64,000 nucleotides of DNA, taken from positions 124,001-188,000 of the forward strand of contig NIVC01000921.1 in the NCBI GenBank assembly GCA_002269645.1, in the 5' to 3' direction. The position numbers and the translations under genes were made by a program. Shown in pieces: positions 1 to 13,754 of this stretch. Positions within the stretch are counted from its first letter, which is position 1, and each line of letters opens with the position of its first letter. The notes below the pieces were generated by a model, which saw only the letters and a program-made list of their open reading frames with translations, was not told the origin of the DNA and did not search any database. The stretch is from Macrostomum lignano (lineage: Eukaryota).

Positions 1-597
1 TTCCGCTGGTACAAACTGACATGCTGTGCTCTCTTGCATTCTGGACCAGGTGTCCCTGCCGCCACTGCATTTGCCCCGCTACTGGCCCTCCGCCTCCCTT
101 CCTCACTGCCTCCCTCCTTTCCTTCCTTCCTGAAGTCTTTTGTTTTTCAAGCCAAACCGTGCCGGCTCAGACAAAAGTGCAACGTGAACTATTAGCAACC
201 AGTACGAACCAGTTGTTTGCATTTTAACTACTTGTGCCTGGCTAAATTCAAATTTATATTTCTACTAATGATAAACTATGAGGCGTTACCTCAGTGTATG
301 CAGGATGAGAGTGCAGTGGGAGCGTGGACAGTATGGAGCCTCATTAGGAGGCCTATAGCTAGCTAAGCATTGCAGTGGATTACAGGTAGGTACGTCTGTG
401 GACTTTTTGTCGGAGTAAAACGCTGGACAAAGGAAAGGATTAATATTAGTCACGGTTTAGTAAAAAGTGTTGCACAACAGAAAGAGGCTACAAGTATATA
501 TAATTATAATAGAATGTACTCTGACTGTGTAACGCATGGAATAAACACTGTCAGTAGCAGTAGTATGCAGCAGTAGTATTCAAATACTTCTCGATCA

Positions 598-1059
598 TCA
601 GCAGGAGTTGAAAATCTTCATCTTGGCGGCCATCGCGTTGAACTCGTCAAAGTTGATCACCCCGTCGTGGTCTGTGTCAGCTTCGCGCATCATCTCGTCC
701 AGCTCGGGGTCGGACATGCCCTCCTTCAGGATTTCGTTCATGACGAACTTCAGCTCGGACTTGGAGATCACCCCGTCCTGGTTCTGGTCCAGCAGGTCGA
801 AGATTCGCTGCTTCTCCGACTGCGGCCGGTGGCCGCCCTTCTCCACGAAGGCGTTCATCATGGTGACGAACTCCTGGAACTCCAGCGTACCGTTGGAGTT
901 CTTGTCGAATTCGCGGATGAGGGCCTCAGCCTCCGGACGGGTGATGGTCTGGCCAGCTGCCCGCATCAGGCTGACGAGCTCCTTGACCTCGATGGCGCCG
1001 TTGCCGTTGGTGTCCGACTTGTCGAACACCTCGCGCAGGACTTCCGTGCTGTGGGCCAT
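598..1059 (-). CDS. Calmodulin-like 4-EF-hand Ca2+-binding protein (153 aa, intronless), copy A
   Basis: Four canonical EF loops: DTNGNGAIEVKE, DKNSNGTLEFQE, DQNQDGVISKSE, DTDHDGVINFDE. GC3-rich codons. Too diverged to be canonical calmodulin. Confidence 0.93.
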   Translation of the reverse strand: MAHSTEVLREVFDKSDTNGNGAIEVKELVSLMRAAGQTITRPEAEALIREFDKNSNGTLEFQEFVTMMNAFVEKGGHRPQSEKQRIFDLLDQNQDGVISKSELKFVMNEILKEGMSDPELDEMMREADTDHDGVINFDEFNAMAAKMKIFNSC

Positions 1060-1097
1060 GCTTTGGTATTAGTGAGCAAAGCGCTGCAGTGTTGAAG

Positions 1098-1204
1098 TAT
1101 ATAGTCCGGACTGGAACTGCCTCGGCCAGTTGTTCCCTCCTTTTTGCCCACCGTCTAAGCCGCCCCACCCCACCCTCCAGTTCCGCAGGCTCGCAGGCGA
1201 TTGG
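1098..1204 (-). promoter_or_regulatory. Putative core promoter of calmodulin-like copy A
   Basis: TATATA at 1098-1103, about 40 nt upstream of the ATG, and CCAATC on the minus strand at 1199-1204. Confidence 0.45.
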
Positions 1205-2270
1205 CCGTGGGCCTATAGGCTCCCCGCTGTGAGAGATAAGCGGCAGACCGGGACAAGTGGGGGGGGGGGTTAGATGAGATCCAGCTTTTCCCAGCCCAGC
1301 CATAAAAGAAGGCTGACGGCCGCGCGCTGAAAGCTGCTCCGCTTGCCTGCCTTCCTGCCTGCCCAGACCAAAGTTTATTTTTGACTTTCTTTAACTATAA
1401 CGATTTTCGTGTGACACACTGTTTAAATGCAGCTCTGCCTCCCACAGACCTCACTATATCTGCTTGTGTATGTGTGTGAGAGTGTTGCATTTTTCTCTGC
1501 TTCAGGACCTGCCGTTTTCCTCTTAATCACCTTAAGTTGGCCAGGCCTCAAAACTTCTCTGCTTGCTCGGTCCTCCTGCCTCCCCCCCCCCTGTTGAATC
1601 CCAATTTCTGCTTTCGCTCGCTCTCTGGGGAGCTGATTGCTTTCTGCCCCATTCATTTCCTGTGTAGCGTGGAGGAGAGCCGAAAAGTAAGAAAAAGAAA
1701 AAGAAGAAGAAGAGAAAAATGGTTTTGGCAATCTTGCCAGAGCACACTCCTGACGAATTGCTGTGTTTTTTAGTCATTTCCCCTCGACTAACTCCCTGCC
1801 GGCGAATTCCTTTCGCTGCAGTATAGTTTGAGTTTGAGCAGCTCGAGGGCAGCATTATTGATCTTCGGTTGGGGGGGGGGCTTGCTCTCCTAATCCCTTC
1901 CTGTCTGATCTGACAATGCGGGGCTGGCTGAAATCTGGGGCCAGATAAAGAGAGAAAAAACGGCCAAAAACAACAAAAACACACGCAAGGAGCTTTAAAT
2001 CCTTTTCGATTTGGGGTCGATGCTCTCCCGGGCAGATCAGCATCTCCGCCTCAGCCAGATCTCTCCCAGCTGTCGATATTTGTGCCGGAGAAGCCATTAG
2101 TTATTTAATAAGGAGGGAGGGGTGGGCGCCTCTGACTGGTGTCCGAAACTGGGAGCTAATATAGAGCTTCTGCTTATTGATTATTCACCTTGCGGTTCAA
2201 CGATATGGCTGACGGGAGAAGGGAGCTCTGCTCCTAAACTAGGCGTCAACTGGGGTTTGATGTGTCAGAG

Positions 2271-2892
2271 CTGGGTGTCAGAGTTGCTAAACTGGGTGTC
2301 AGAGTTGCTAAACTGGGTGTCAGAGTTGCTAAACTGGGTGTCAGAGTTGCTAAACTGGGTGTCAGAGTTGCTAAACTGGGTGTCAGAGTTGCTAAACTGG
2401 GTGTCAGGAATGCTAAACTGGGTGTCAGAGTTGCTAAACTGGGTGTCAGAGTTGCTAAACTGGGTGTCAGAAATGCTAAACTGGGTGTCAGAGTTGCTAA
2501 ACTGGGTGTCAGAGTTGCTAAACTGGGTGTCAGAGTTGCTAAACTGGGTGTCAGAGTTGCTAAACTGGGTGTCAGAGTTGCTAAACTGGATGTCAGAGTT
2601 GCTAAACTGAGTGTCAGAGTTGCTAAACTGAGTGTCAGGAATGCTAAACTGAGTGTCAGGAATGCTAAACTGGGTGTCAGGAATGCTAAACTGGGTGTCA
2701 GATTTGCTAAACTGGGTGTCAGAAATGCTAAACTGGGTGTCAGATTTGCTAAACTGGGTGTCAGAAATGCTAAACTGGGTGTCAGATTTGCTAAACTGGG
2801 TGTCAGGAATGCTAAACTGGGTGTCAGAGTTACTAAACCGGGTGTCAGGAATGCTAAACTGGATGTCAGAGTTACTAAACCGGGTGTCAGGA
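2271..2892. repeat. 21-bp minisatellite (CTGGGTGTCAGAGTTGCTAAA)n
   Basis: About 30 tandem units, read directly. Confidence 0.95.
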
Positions 2893-3272
2893 ACGAATTT
2901 ATTATCGCGCACGAGTTGGCTGACTATTTAGCAGAGGAGAAAAAGTACATCTTACTAAACCTCGGTTTGGGCACAGAGAAGCGAGCTTAAAACTATTGAA
3001 GAGGAGACGGAGGTGCAAAATCTGCTTTCTGCTTTTCCCTTTTCCATGAAAGAGAGACTTTAACTTTTTAAAACCTTTCTCGGGTCTGAATTTCAAACGC
3101 TTTTAACGACTAATGGCGACGCGCCGAAACCCGAGCCCAGCCTGTGCTGGAAGGATACAAATTGCAACAGAGCGAGTTGAGAGGGGAAATGAGATCTTCT
3201 AAGCTGGAAATCATCGCGTGTCTCTCAAGTTTGGCGCTGAAAATTGCATGCTGCGAATCTCATTGCAATCAT

Positions 3273-3660
3273 GAATTGCAACAGCCTGAATTGCAACAGC
3301 CTGAATTGCAACAGCCTGAATAGCAGCAGTCTGAATTGCAACAGCCTGAATTGCAACAGCCTGAATTGCAACAGTCTGAATTGCAACAGCCTGAATTGCA
3401 ACAGTCTGAATTGCAACAGCCTGAATTGCAACAGTCTGAATTGCAACAGCCTGAATTGCAACAGCCTGAATTGCAACAGTCTGAATTGCAACAGCCTGAA
3501 TTGCAACAGTCTGAATTGCAACAGCCTGAATTGCAACAGCCTGAATTGCAACAGCCTGAATTGCAACAGCCTGAATTGCAACAGTCTGAATTGCAACAGC
3601 CTGAATTGCAACAGTCTGAATCGCAACAGTCTGAATTGCAACAGCCTGAATCGCAACAGT
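3273..3660. repeat. 15-bp minisatellite (CTGAATTGCAACAG[C/T])n
   Basis: Tandem units read directly. Confidence 0.95.
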
Positions 3661-4203
3661 CTACTTCAGACTTTAAGCTTTTTTACTTTTCCAAAGTTTA
3701 TTAAATTTGGGAAATCAGCACATTCTGTGGCAGAGTCGGGCGGAGACCCGGGGGAGCAAAGATTGACAAAATGATGGCGAGGCAGCCGGAGACTGGGGAT
3801 CGAGTTTCCCTCTTCCCTACTACAGGCAGTGCTGAGGGATTTCTCTATATCTAATTAAATATTTATTGAACAAGGCCGTCCTCTTCTGGGGAGGATTCGA
3901 GCAGAAGTAGGGAAGTGGAAGAGGGGCGGAGGGGTGAGAGGGGGGTTACTGCTTGCGTGCTGCTAAATTATCAGGGCCGTCGAAGCAGATGAGAGATCGC
4001 CGCCTGCTGCTGCTGCGGCATCTCCAGTTTCTTGGTAGCTGTGTAGGGAAGGAGAGGAGGTGTCGTACTTGAGCACTAGGTTAAAGTAGGATCGAATTTT
4101 TTTACCTTTTTGGCTATCCAACTACTGCAATGAAGATTTCTCCTTAGCTCTTGGAGACAGTTTTATTTTTTAACTGGAGTTCAGGTCTGTTGGGACAGCG
4201 TTA

Positions 4204-4930
4204 GTGTGGGGAGAGAGAAGGGGAGAGACGGGGAGAAACGGGGAGAAATGTGGAGGGATGGGGAGAGACGAGGAGAGGCAAGGAGAGGGGGAAGACAAGG
4301 GGACACGGAAGAGATGGGGAGAGACGGGGAGAGACGGGGAAAGAAATGGGAAGAGATGGGGGGAGACAGGAGAGATGGGGAGAGACGGGGAGAGACGGGG
4401 AAAGAAATGGGAAGAGATGGGGGGAGACAGGAGAGATGGGGAGAGACGGGGAGAGACGGGGAAAGAAATGGGAAGATATGGGGGGGGGAGACAGGAGAGA
4501 TGGGGAGAGACGGGGAGAGATGGGGAGAGACGGGGAGAGATGGGGAGAGGTGGGGAGAGATGGGAAGAGGCGGGAGAGACAGGGAGAAAAGGGGAGGGAC
4601 ATGGAGAGACAGGGAGAGACAGGGAGAGACAGGGAGAGACAGGGAGGGACAGGGAGGGACAGGGAGAGACAGGAAGAGACAGGGAGAGACAGGAAGGGAC
4701 AGGGAGAGACAGGGAGAGACAGGGAGGGACAGGGAGGGACAGGGAGAGACAGGGAGAGACAGGGAGGGACAGGGAGGGACAGGGAGGGACAGGGAGAGAC
4801 AGGGAGGGACAGGGAGGGACAGGGAGAGACAGGGAGGGACAGGGAGAGACAGGGAGACAGGGAGGGACAGGGAGGGACAGGGAGGGACAGGGAGAGACAG
4901 GGAGAGACAGGGAGAGACAGGGAGAGACAG
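4204..4930. repeat. GA-rich 10-bp repeat (GGGAGAGAC[A/G])n
   Basis: Tandem units. Same family as 12360-12972. Confidence 0.92.
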
Positions 4931-5409
4931 TGAGTGATGGGGAGAGACTTGGTGTGGAGCAACTCCGATTTTCTGGGCATTGTGCTTCTGCCAAATTTTT
5001 CCAAGTTGACTCCAGTGCTTTGACAACCTCTGCAGTGAAATCATTGATCCGAGCGAATGTCAGCTGGGCAAGCCTGGCTGAAAGCAGAACGCTTAGCGGC
5101 TGCTCCGCCCTGCTACCCCCTCCCCAACACAGATCGATTCAGATGATTGATTTTGTCCACGCAGGGACACTCCAGTCCCCTCTGAAGTGTTGAGGTGGAA
5201 AAGCTCTGCAATAGGCAGATTACGTTTAAGTCGCAGATTAAAATTTGCCCATAAAATCTTGTGGTCTCGGGGCTCCTCTAAGATTTACCTAGCAGTGCTG
5301 TGGTCCTCTGCCTGCTGGCGCACCTCTAGCTGCCTTCGGTTTTGGGGCTTCTGCTCCCCTTCGCATCACAGACAGATTGACAATGATTTACAGTTCACAC
5401 GGAACTGTC

Positions 5410-6790
5410 CAGTCTGCCTCACTCTCTCTCATGTCTGTCTCACTCTCTCCTCTCTGCCTCACTCTCTCTCATGTCTGTCTCACTCCCTCTCCTCTCTGCC
5501 TCACTCTCTCTCATGTCTGTCTCACTCTCTCTTCTCTCTGCCTCCCTCTCTCTCATGTCTGTCTCACTCTCTCTCATGTCTGTCTCACTCTCTCTCCTCT
5601 CTGCCTCCCTCTCTCTCATGTCTGTCTCACTCTCTCTCATGTTTTTTTTTTAGAGGCAGGGGGGTTGTGTGCACCCTGGCGCAATTTAAGCGTCATTGGC
5701 ACACAACCGGCGAGAGGCATTACTGCCCATTCCGCCGACTCCCCTGAGCAGGCCTACAAGCGCGCGGATACGTACGCAGGCACACACTCACACAGGAGTG
5801 TACTGCGGCCCTAACTTTATTTTATCGTTAGGTATGTACACTTCACTGCGCCTTGGGGGGGTTGGCTCTCAAGGCCGTTAATTGCACAAGCGAGCCAAGC
5901 CAAGATTCCAATCCAGCCCCAAATAAATGTGGCTGCACTTGGAATCGAGCCTGGGTCGCGGCACACCAGAGCAGCTGCGCTACCGCTGGGCTACGGCCCC
6001 CTCTCTGTCTCACTCTCTCTCATGTCTGTCTCACTCTCTCTCCTCTCTGTCTCCCTCTCTCTCATGTCTGTCTCACTCTCTCTCCTCTCTGTCTCCCTCT
6101 CTCTCATGTCTGTCTCACTCTCTCTCCTCTCTGTCTCCCTCTCTCTCATGTCTGTCTCACTCTCTCTCATGTCTGTCTCACTCTCTCTCATGTCTGTCTC
6201 ACTCTCTCTCTCATGTCTGTCTCCCTCTCTCTCATGTCTGTCTCCCTCTCTCTCATGTCTGTCTCACTCTCTCTCATGTCTGTCTCCCTCTCTCTCATGT
6301 CTGTCTCACTCTCTCTCATGTCTGTCTCACTCTCTCTCCTCTCTGCCTGCCTCACTCTCCCTCCTCTCTGCCTCACTCTCTCTTCTGTCTGTCTCACTCT
6401 CTCTCATGTCTGTCTCCCTCTCTCTCATGTCTGTCTCACTCTCTCTCCTCTCTGTCTGCCTCACTCTCCCTCCTCTCTGCCTCACTCTCTCTTCTGTCTG
6501 TCTCACTCTCTCCTCTCTGTCTCACTCTCTCTCATGTCTGTCTCACTCTCTCTCCTCTCTGCCTCACTCTCTCTCCTGTCTGCCTCCCTCTCTCTCATGT
6601 CTGCCTCACTCTCTCTCTCCTGTCTGCCTCACTCTCTCTCATGTCTGTCTCCCTCTCTTTCATGTCTGTCTCCCTCTCTCTCCTCTCTGCCTCACTCTCT
6701 CTCCTGTCTGCCTCACTCTCTCTCTCTCATGTCTGTCTCACTCTCTCTCTCTCTCATGTCTAACTCACTGTCTCTTCTGTCTGTCTTACT
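5410..6790. repeat. CT-rich ~20-bp repeat (CTCACTCTCTCTCATGTCTGT-like), interrupted by a SINE at 5642-6000
   Basis: The same unit occurs on both sides of the insertion. Confidence 0.9.
5642..6000 (-). mobile_element. tRNA-derived SINE (family 1), full length
   Basis: Minus-strand head GGGGCCGTAGCCCAGCGGTAGCG...GGCTCGATTCC contains Pol III A and B boxes. About 280-bp body, poly(A) tail (T run at 5642-5651). Related heads at 11773-11857 and 27884-27950. Confidence 0.8.
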
Positions 6791-7621
6791 GTCTCTCCTG
6801 TCTGTCTGGCTCCCTCACATCATTATTTTTCATTATCTCACACCCTTACTTTTTTCCCACTCTTCAATCCTTGCTTTTGACCTCAACTGTTTTTAATATT
6901 TCGCTTCAACTTTCTGCTACAAGTTAAGCCCTGAAATGCCAATAATAGAGTCCATATCCACTGGCTGCCTCGAGAGCCAACCCAAGCTGCTCCTTGGATA
7001 CTGGTCTGGATATGCCAGATCACGATCAGCCAATGCCACTTGCCCCAGCCAATTCAATCAGCAGATGAACAGGAAAGCAAAGTCTAGATTGTTTCAGACT
7101 TAGAAAGAACCTGCAGTTGTTTGAGTAGGAAGCGTTCAAGTTCTCAGCTCATTTTTTGCGCACATTTCGTGCCAATATCAAAAAGCAGAATCAGAGCTAC
7201 TGATAGTGCTGGCTTCGGTATAGTTAATAAAATTCCTGTTTAAATAAATAACAGCTTAATACCCTTTCTATTTGCTGCGAGTAGTAAGTCTGAGTAGTTT
7301 CTTAAAAACTTACAAGTTACAATGACAAGTTTTACGAGTTCCTTTTGATCTAATGAAAATTCGGCTTTTCCAATTACGAGCCACGAGGGTAATTCTATTA
7401 GGGTGTCTGTGAAGAGATTTTCGTTAAAAATATTTGCGCTTGCAAGGAAACTGAGTGTGCATAGCTGGTTAGTCAAGCGAGTCGTTTCCTTCACAGATTG
7501 AAGTTTTCAACGCTCTGGCGGCCCACCCGCTGAAAGTGTGTCTATGGCCAAAAGCCTCTCAATCACGGTTGGACCCTGTGGATACACCCCATAGGATAGA
7601 AATTCCGCCTTTGAGAATCAT

Positions 7622-8048
7622 TTCTCTGGAACCCCCTCTCCCCAGAACCTCCTTCTCCCAGAACCCCCTTCTCCCAGAACCTCCTTCTCCCAGAACCCCC
7701 CTTCTCCCAGAACCCCCTCCCCCCAGAACCCCTCCCCCAGAACCTCCTCCCCCAGAACCCTCTCCCCCCTGAACCCCCTCCTCCCAGAACCCCTTCTCCC
7801 AGAACCCCCTCCCCCAGAACCCCTCTCCCAGAACCCCTCCCCCCAGAACCCCCTCCCCCAGAATACCTTCTCCCAGAACACCCTTCTCCCAGAACCCCCT
7901 TCTCCCAGAACCCCCTTCTCCCAGAACCCCTTCTCCCAGAACCCCCTTCTCCCAGAACCCCCTTCTCCCAGAACCCCCTCCCCCAGAACCCCTCCCCCCA
8001 GAACCTCCTCCCCCAGAACCCCTCCCCCCAGAACCTCCTCCCCCAGAA
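7622..8048. repeat. C-rich ~15-17-bp repeat (CCCC[T]TCTCCCAGAA-like)
   Basis: Tandem units read directly. Confidence 0.9.
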
Positions 8049-8176
8049 GTTTTAACAGTCTGCTTTCGGTTACTATAAATTATTTGAAGCAGAGCACCCC
8101 AGTTACTGCGAGTGCGGCCTGATCCGTCTCGCTGCTGCCACTAACCAACTGAGAAACTTAACCAAGAGCCAGTGGG

Positions 8177-8228
8177 CCAATGACAGGCGAACTCCAATCA
8201 GGCAGCGACGAAGGCTGGCTGTATAGAG
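8177..8228 (+). promoter_or_regulatory. Putative core promoter of calmodulin-like copy B
   Basis: CCAAT at 8177 and 8194, and TATA-like TATAGAG at 8222, upstream of the ATG at 8289. Confidence 0.35.
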
Positions 8229-8288
8229 AGCTGAGCGAAGGCTGAGCACGGGAGACCCGGCCTGTGCAAGACAGAAGCAAACTAAACA

Positions 8289-8765
8289 ATGTGCGACCAC
8301 GATGCCGACATCCTGCGCGAGGTGTTCGACAGGTCGGACACCAACGGTAACGGCGCCATCGAGGTCAAGGAGCTCGTCAGCCTGATGCGGGCAGCTGGCC
8401 AGACCATCACCCGTCCGGAGGCTGAGGCCCTCATCCGCGAATTCGACAAGAACTCCAACGGTACGCTGGAGTTCCAGGAGTTCGTCACCATGATGAACGC
8501 CTTCGTGGAGAAGGGCGGCCACCGGCCGCAGTCGGAGAAGCAGCGAATCTTCGACCTGCTGGACCAGAACCAGGACGGTGTGATCTCCAAGTCCGAGCTG
8601 AAGTTCGTCATGAACGAAATCCTGAAGGAGGGCATGTCCGACACCGAGCTGGACGAGATGATGAGCGCCGCGGACACGGACCACGACGGGGTGATCAGTT
8701 TCGAGGAGTTCAACCAACTGGCCGCAAGCATGAAGATTTTCAACTGCTCCGAGTGCGACAGCTGA
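8289..8765 (+). CDS. Calmodulin-like 4-EF-hand Ca2+-binding protein (158 aa, intronless), copy B
   Basis: Four EF loops. Core nearly identical to copy A, with different termini. Confidence 0.93.
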   Translation: MCDHDADILREVFDRSDTNGNGAIEVKELVSLMRAAGQTITRPEAEALIREFDKNSNGTLEFQEFVTMMNAFVEKGGHRPQSEKQRIFDLLDQNQDGVISKSELKFVMNEILKEGMSDTELDEMMSAADTDHDGVISFEEFNQLAASMKIFNCSECDS

Positions 8766-8876
8766 AGATCGGTTAGGGGACTCTGGGGAAGCTGCATGGC
8801 TGGGTGCGACTGTTTGAGCTGGAGCTTTAAAAACTTTAAGAATGATTGTTTCTACTCGAAAAAACTCTAATACGGT

Positions 8877-8934
8877 TGATTGATCGATTGGTTGGTTGAT
8901 TGGTTGGTTGATTGATTGGTGATTGATTGATTGG

Positions 8935-8976
<42 letters not shown>

Positions 8977-9060
8977 AATTGTTTGATTGATTGATCGATT
9001 GATTGATTGGTGGATTGATTGATCGATTGATTGATTGGTGGATTGATTGATTGATTGGTT

Positions 9061-9151
<91 letters not shown>

Positions 9152-9185
9152 TGATTAATTGATTGATTGATTGATTGATTGATTG
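8877..9185. repeat. Compound (GATT)n/(GATA)n microsatellite
   Basis: Read directly. Confidence 0.95.
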
Positions 9186-9949
9186 CTTTGACCCGCATGC
9201 TGAAAAACTTAAGATAGTCTGACGGAGAGGTTCAATTGTTTGTTCAGCGTCCTTTAGGTAAAATATTCTAGTTTATAATATACAAATAGAGTCCCGCATA
9301 AGTTCAATTAATAAAAGCTGTAATAAAGTATGTTAGTTAACACTTTCAGTCGCTATTCTGTTAACCAATGACAAACTGTTTTTTCTACTGGGGTGTGCGG
9401 GCCCGATTTACAGCAATAATGTCACTGGCTGGTCTTTATTGAAAAGTGCTAGAAACATGAGATCTGAGAGGCTGCAGCAGGCCTCCTAAATTCAATGTTA
9501 AACTTGACGTTTCAGTAACCAAGAGAATTTTTCTGCGTCATAAATAATCGAAAGCAACTCTATGCAGTTTTGCCAGTCCAAGACAAGTAATTTTTTGGCA
9601 ATATTCAAATTACTGAACTTTCAATTCATTCCTGCTGTTCCCGCACCCCCCATTGGTTCAAATCAAGTATCTGTTCTTTACTAAACATTTTGTTCAATGC
9701 ACCGTAGCTTCAATGCTAATTGCCACTTTGGTTTACCTCTATAAATCGTCCTTAATTAACCCTAAGCGGGATTGTATACTTGTCCGAAATATAATCATAT
9801 AATACAGCAATTAACTCTATATTCGTGGCTTTGCCAAAAGGTATATAATTGACAACAAATTTGAAAAGACTGTTTCTGCAGTCTGAAGTTCAAACTTTTT
9901 AGATTTAAGTGTATTTAAGTGTATATTCATGTGTATATTCATGTGTGTT

Positions 9950-10259
9950 AATTAATAATTAATAATTGATTACACCTGGCCCAATTGGGCCAGATGTGCA
10001 ACCGACAGCTCAGCCGCAGCTATTGTGCGGCGCATCTGAAGGCTGCGTACGGCTGTTCAGTCCAAGGACGGGGGGGGGGGTCGCCACACATCCTCAATTA
10101 CCCCAGCTAATGCTGGCACCAATTTTACAGCTGGGGGAACTGAAGCAATGCAGAGTTAAGTGTCTCGCTCAAGGACACAAATTGTTCCAATGGGATCGGG
10201 AATCGAACCCCCGACCTTCAAGTCGTGAGTCCGACGCTCTAACCACTAGGCTACAACCC
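9950..10259 (-). mobile_element. tRNA-derived CORE-type SINE (family 2), copy 1
   Basis: Head GGGTTGTAGCCTAGTGGTTAGAGCG...GGTTCGATTCC. This is followed by TGTGTCCTTGAGCGAGACACTTAACTCT...CAGTTCCCCCAGCTGTAAAAT, which resembles the MIR CORE domain (TGTGACCTTGGGCAAGTCACTTAACC...CAGTTTCCTCATCTGTAAAAT). (ATT)-rich tail. Second copy at 33949-34225. Confidence 0.85.
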
Positions 10260-10261
10260 TT

Positions 10262-11740
10262 CAGGTGCATATTCGAGTGTATACTCAAGTTTATATTCAG
10301 GTGTATATTCAGGTGTATATTCCAAGGTATATATTCATGTGTATACTCAGGTGTATATTCAGGTGTATATTCCAAGGTGTATATTCAGGTGTATATTCCA
10401 AGGTATATATTCATGTGTATACTCAGGTGTATATTCAGGTGTATTTTCAGGTGTACAGTCAGGTGTATATTCAGGTGTATATTCAGATGTATATTCAGGT
10501 GTATATTCAGGTGTATATTCCAAGGTGTATATTCAGGTGTATATTCAGGTGTATATTCAGGTGTATATTCAGGTGTATATTCCAAGGTGTATATTCAGGT
10601 GTATATTCAGGTGTATATTCAGGTGTCTTTTCAGGTGTATATTCAGGTGTATATTCAGCTGTATATTCAGGTGTATATTCAGGTGTATATTCAGGTGTAT
10701 ATTCAGGTGTATATTCAGGTGTATATTCCAAGGTGTATATTCCAAGGTGTATATTCAGGTGTATATTCAGGTGTATATTCAGGTGTATATTCAGGTGTAT
10801 ATTCAGGTGTATATTCAGGTGTATATTCAGGTGTATATTCAGGTGTTTATTCAGGTATATATAGGTGTATATTCAGGTGTATATTCAGGTGTACAGTCAG
10901 GTGTATATTCAGGTATATATTCATGTGTATACTCAGGTGTATATTCAGGTGTATATTCAGGTGTATATACAGGTGTATATTCAGGTGTATATTCAGATGT
11001 ATATTCAGGTGTATATTCAGGTGTATATTCCAAGGTGTATATTCAGGTGTATATTCAGGTGTATATTCAGGTGTATATTCAGGTGTATATTCAGGTGTAT
11101 ATTCAGGTGTATATTCCAAGGTGTATATTCAGGTGTATATTCAGGTGTATATTCAGGTGTATATTCAGATGTATATTCAGGTGTATATTCAGGTGTATAT
11201 TCCAAGGTGTATATTCAGGTGTATATTCAGGTGTATATTCAGGTGTATATTCAGGTGTATATTCAGGTGTATATTCAGGTGTATATTCAGGTGTATATTC
11301 AGGTGTATATTCAGGTGTATATTCAGGTGTATATTCAGCTGTATATTCAGGTGTTTATTCAGGTATATATAGGTGTATATTCAGGTGTATATTCAGGTGT
11401 ATATTCAGGTGTATATTCAGGTGTATATTCAGGTGTATATTCAGGTGTATATTCAGGTGTATATTCAGGTGTATATTCAGGTGTATATTCAGGTGTATAT
11501 TCAGGTGTATATTCCAAGGTGTATATTCAGGTGTATATTCAGCTGTATATTCAGGTGTATATTCAGGTGTATATTCAGGTGTATATTCAGGTGTATATTC
11601 CAAGGTGTATATTCAGGTGTATATTCAGGTGTATATTCAGGTGTATATTCAGGTGTATATTCAGGTGTATATTCAGCTGTATATTCAGGTGTATATTCAG
11701 GTGTATATTCAGGGGTATTTTCAGGTGTATATTCAGGTAC
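10262..11740. repeat. 12-bp minisatellite (GTGTATATTCAG)n
   Basis: More than 100 units, with 13-bp variants. Confidence 0.95.
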
Positions 11741-11772
11741 ATGATTAGTAGGAAAGCTATGGGCACCCTGGC

Positions 11773-11857
11773 TCAGCCCCAAATGAATGTGACACCGAAT
11801 CGAACCAAGGTTTGCGAGTCGAGACTCAGACACGGTTACCGCTGAGCTGTTCCGACC
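11773..11857 (-). mobile_element. Truncated tRNA-derived SINE head (family 1-related)
   Basis: Minus strand AGCTCAGCGGT...GGTTCGATTC. Shares CAGCCCCAAAT(A/G)AATGTG with the 5642-6000 SINE. Confidence 0.6.
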
Positions 11858-12076
11858 TCCTTCCATTGTACAGATAGCAGAGCCGGTTTCCAGTTGAATT
11901 TTTCTCAAAGAAAACAAAATTGACAAACTTGTAGTACCATTGCTGTAACTTCTAACGCATCATTCAAGCTCAAAAAGAACATGGCAACATGTCCACAAAA
12001 TGCTCGAACTTGGCTGCTTGCAACTCCTTAGTATCCACAGAGTGTGTAAGAGCTGAGCTTTGAGCATGGCTGCCTA

Positions 12077-13014
<938 letters not shown>

Positions 13015-13421
13015 TTATCATGGCCTCACCACTGCGATCGCATATGTTGGACAGCGGACTCACAAACGAGTTAACAAAGTGCACTTTGATTTGGCCATCT
13101 ATTTATAGTCATACGCAGTTCAGCACAGAAGCTCCAAAGCATCAAGCGAAGTTAATTTTGGATAAATAATCTCTTTTCTAATTGCTTGCCTTGCTTTGCT
13201 ACTTCTCTCTGCTTCTAGAGGAGGCAACAATTGGCAATGTGAGTTGAGCTCAAAGCGAACTCGGCACAGCGAGTGCGCAAGGTGGACAACAGTCCGGGGA
13301 GCCAAGCATGAATAGAGTTGCTGGGCTCGGAAGGTTGAGAAGCTGAGGCAAGGACACCGTTAACGAGAATCCTGGAGTGGCAACTCTGGCCTTCATTTTC
13401 ATACACAAAAAGGCCTAGTTA

Positions 13422-13589
<168 letters not shown>

Positions 13590-13754
13590 CTATTGGAAAA
13601 AACGTTTAAAATAATGACAAGACCAATTTAACATGAAAAATCGATTAATGCGTCGTCAGAGCAGCACGTGAGGCACAAAATAGTGTGATTAAGGACTTCT
13701 CTGACACTGTTAAGAGACCCAATCACTGTTTTAGTGTTGAAAATCGTGAAATTT

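Noticed and set aside
608-1095. Antisense and alternate-frame ORFs over GC-rich genes (also 8103-8797, 28820-29841, 39688-40169, 50896-51451, 54425-55300, 58783-59338)
   Set aside because: Shadow ORFs expected from high GC3. No independent motifs.
6950-7260. Faint LINE reverse-transcriptase-like words on the minus strand (ALILLFD, P-x-SSLG)
   Set aside because: Motifs are scattered across frames with stops and are too weak to support without a profile search.
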